A DNA stretch of 6,002 nucleotides from a virus. This document shows, in pieces, positions 4,368 through 6,002 of this stretch. Position 1 is the stretch's first letter, and each line of letters begins with the position of its first letter. A program made the position numbers and the translations under genes. The notes beneath the pieces were generated by a model. The model searched no databases, had not been told where the DNA came from, and saw only the letters and a list, made by a program, of their open reading frames with translations. The stretch lies in IMG/VR virus record IMGVR_UViG_3300020950_000017. One strand, written 5' to 3'.

Positions 4368-5309
4368 TTATTTATTGAATGGAAGTTTGGGTTGTTGAGG
4401 AGTAATCTTAGGAGATTCTAAGTCAAACTTAGGACGAGGCTTACGCTTCTTAGTGGCTCGCATTAAAGACTTAGCACTAGAAACAAAACGAGAACCATAG
4501 CCAGCAATTCCGATAGGAAGCAAAGCAGTTAGCGTCTTAAATGTATCTTGCCAAGGAATTGATGAGCCATTATCAAAGATTGAAAAAGCGGGCGTAAGAT
4601 AGCCAAGTTCAGTCTTTTTGACATCCGCACGAGACTTAGCCTCAGCCCAAAGCGATTCAGCGTATTTAATATTACCATTATGAGCTTCTGTAATAGCACG
4701 AGCCATCAACAGTTGAGATTCACGAGTTAGTTTTTTGAGCTCAGGTGCGAGTTTTTGTGCGATAGCATTAGCCTCTTGGCGAGCTTTTTCAGATAAGCCG
4801 TAATTAAGTGCTATTTTACTATCTACTAAATCACGACGAACAGAGACTTGAGTATCCCAGTCTTGTGTGTCTTTACCTTCCAAATGAGCCGTTCCTCCAA
4901 CAGTCGCATTGCGTCCTACTGATACGCCGGCCGCAGTGACTTGAGCTCTTGCGTTAATTCTGGCAATTTTTTCTGATGTCCGTAATTTTTCTCTTTCCAG
5001 TTGTGCTCCAAGACCACGAGCACCAACACCGCTACCCGATGAGCCAAGTCGTTCCCACGGATTCGTGCCGGGATATAATTTATTAAATGTATTAAGAAGT
5101 TTATCATCTGCCGTTGGAATACCAAGAATGCGTCCTCCTTGCGATACAAGCTGATTACTAATTAAATCTGAGCCAGCCTGTTGAGTTGACGCACCGAGCG
5201 ACTTGCCAAACGCCGATCCGCCAAGTGCTCCGAGTGCTCCGGAAAGCTTGCCAAAGAAACCGCCACCAGCGATCTTGGAAGCACCTGCTGAAAAAGGACC
5301 TACAGGCAT
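4368..5309 (-). CDS. H: DNA pilot (minor spike / ejection tube) protein, phiX174 H-like, 313 aa
   Basis: It follows the G-position gene as in phiX174 and is similar in size (313 aa against 328). The N-terminus is glycine-rich (AGASKIAGGGFFGKLSGALGALGGSAFGKSLG), like phiX H. YPGTNPWERLGSSGSG matches recalled phiX H FPELNAWERAGADASS. The central region is long, Q/A/E/K-rich and helical. The start overlaps the upstream stop (TAATG at 5311..5307). Confidence 0.85.
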   Translation of the reverse strand: MPVGPFSAGASKIAGGGFFGKLSGALGALGGSAFGKSLGASTQQAGSDLISNQLVSQGGRILGIPTADDKLLNTFNKLYPGTNPWERLGSSGSGVGARGLGAQLEREKLRTSEKIARINARAQVTAAGVSVGRNATVGGTAHLEGKDTQDWDTQVSVRRDLVDSKIALNYGLSEKARQEANAIAQKLAPELKKLTRESQLLMARAITEAHNGNIKYAESLWAEAKSRADVKKTELGYLTPAFSIFDNGSSIPWQDTFKTLTALLPIGIAGYGSRFVSSAKSLMRATKKRKPRPKFDLESPKITPQQPKLPFNK

Positions 5310-5974
5310 TATCTGGTAGGAACAAAAGTGGGGAAGTCTTTGTTATAGGCGTAGAGTGAGAGGCTACATCGTAAGTTAGATATATTGGTAGTGCCATTCG
5401 TGGAAACATAAGCGAATAAAATAACCACATTTTCGGAGGAAGCTACTGAATTATATATAATCGGAGTGGGTGGCAACGATAAAGTGTGTATGCGTGAGTT
5501 CTCATAGTTAATGCCAGGCAACAAGTGGTAATCAGTTATCCGGTTGATCTCCTCGTTCCAATTGCTGACACCAGCTTTCAAGTTCGCCGATGAACGCTGA
5601 CCCAAACCAAAACCAAGTGTATGAAAACTGGCTCCATCATCCTGCCTATAATGAAGAGTAGCGGACGCCATCAAGTGCCTTGGATTAAAACCTTTACGCT
5701 CTAAGGCTGGAAGAGAAAGCCAAGTCCCAAAGCTAACATTCTTACCGGCAGACAACGAACGAGCCGGCTCCATTGTATAATTGATTGATCTAAATAGATC
5801 GGTGTTAGTGGGCGGGTTATTAAACTCAATATCGTTAATCAACAAAGGGCTAAAAGTCTCAAAGGCGTTAGAATCAACGCTGACGAAAGTTGAGCCGCTT
5901 AAAAGATCGTCAATTCTCACCACATTATTAGGCTGAATAAGAACAGGTGGTCGGTTTGCTTCCGGTCTATACAT
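5309..5974 (-). CDS. 221-aa structural protein at the major-spike (phiX174 G) position. The spike role is inferred from synteny and composition only.
   Basis: A full ORF that wraps the circular junction. Its ATG (5974) directly follows the F stop (TAGATG), with AGGA 9 nt upstream, and its stop overlaps the H start. Composition is rich in S, T, N and V and looks beta-rich. I recognise no similarity to the recalled phiX or G4 G proteins (175-177 aa). Confidence 0.6.
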   Translation of the reverse strand: MYRPEANRPPVLIQPNNVVRIDDLLSGSTFVSVDSNAFETFSPLLINDIEFNNPPTNTDLFRSINYTMEPARSLSAGKNVSFGTWLSLPALERKGFNPRHLMASATLHYRQDDGASFHTLGFGLGQRSSANLKAGVSNWNEEINRITDYHLLPGINYENSRIHTLSLPPTPIIYNSVASSENVVILFAYVSTNGTTNISNLRCSLSLYAYNKDFPTFVPTR

Positions 5975-6002
5975 CTATCTAGTTCCTGCGAAAATTGACG
6001 CT
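5862..6002. repeat. Terminal direct repeat, copy 2 (identical to 1..141). It contains the last 8 sense codons plus stop of F (5975..6002) and the first 37 codons of the G-position gene.
   Basis: Base-for-base identity with 1..141 on visual comparison. Confidence 0.95.

Noticed and set aside
4916-5149. Minus-strand 77-aa ORF inside the H-like gene (TTG start)
   Set aside because: It has an alternative start only and no RBS. It is off-frame within a supported gene and shows no recognisable motif.
5158-5430. Minus-strand 90-aa ORF spanning the junction between the G-position gene and H
   Set aside because: The sequence upstream of its ATG reads TTCCTCCGAAA, the complement of an SD rather than an SD. 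The W/R/F-rich composition is what an off-frame reading of the Gly/Ala-rich H N-terminus produces.

Overview
The window is a complete circular ssDNA microvirus (Microviridae) genome. It is linearised with an assembly overlap: bases 1-141 recur exactly at 5862-6002, giving a unit length of 5,861 nt. Every credible gene lies on the minus strand, so the window shows the complement of the packaged, mRNA-sense strand. Gene order and several protein motifs match the phiX174 (Bullavirinae) plan rather than the gokushovirus plan. In transcription order: Rep/A (HUH endonuclease containing a phiX-like 30-nt origin), a B-like internal scaffold overprinted inside Rep, a 32-aa hydrophobic micro-ORF at the position of phiX gene K, a 93-aa ORF at the position of gene C, a D-like external scaffold, a 27-aa J-like basic DNA-packaging peptide (too short for the ORF track), F major capsid, a 221-aa protein at the G (spike) position, and an H-like DNA pilot protein. 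Two things depart from the phiX plan. A 173-aa zinc peptidase of the M15 family (endolysin-type) sits between J and F, translationally coupled to both. I found no E-like lysis ORF overprinted in D. Two unlisted small ORFs with strong Shine-Dalgarno sites (32 aa and 47 aa) are candidate membrane partners for that peptidase. I see no tRNA, rRNA, CRISPR array or transposon. All homology statements compare against phiX174 sequences recalled from memory and need confirming by alignment.
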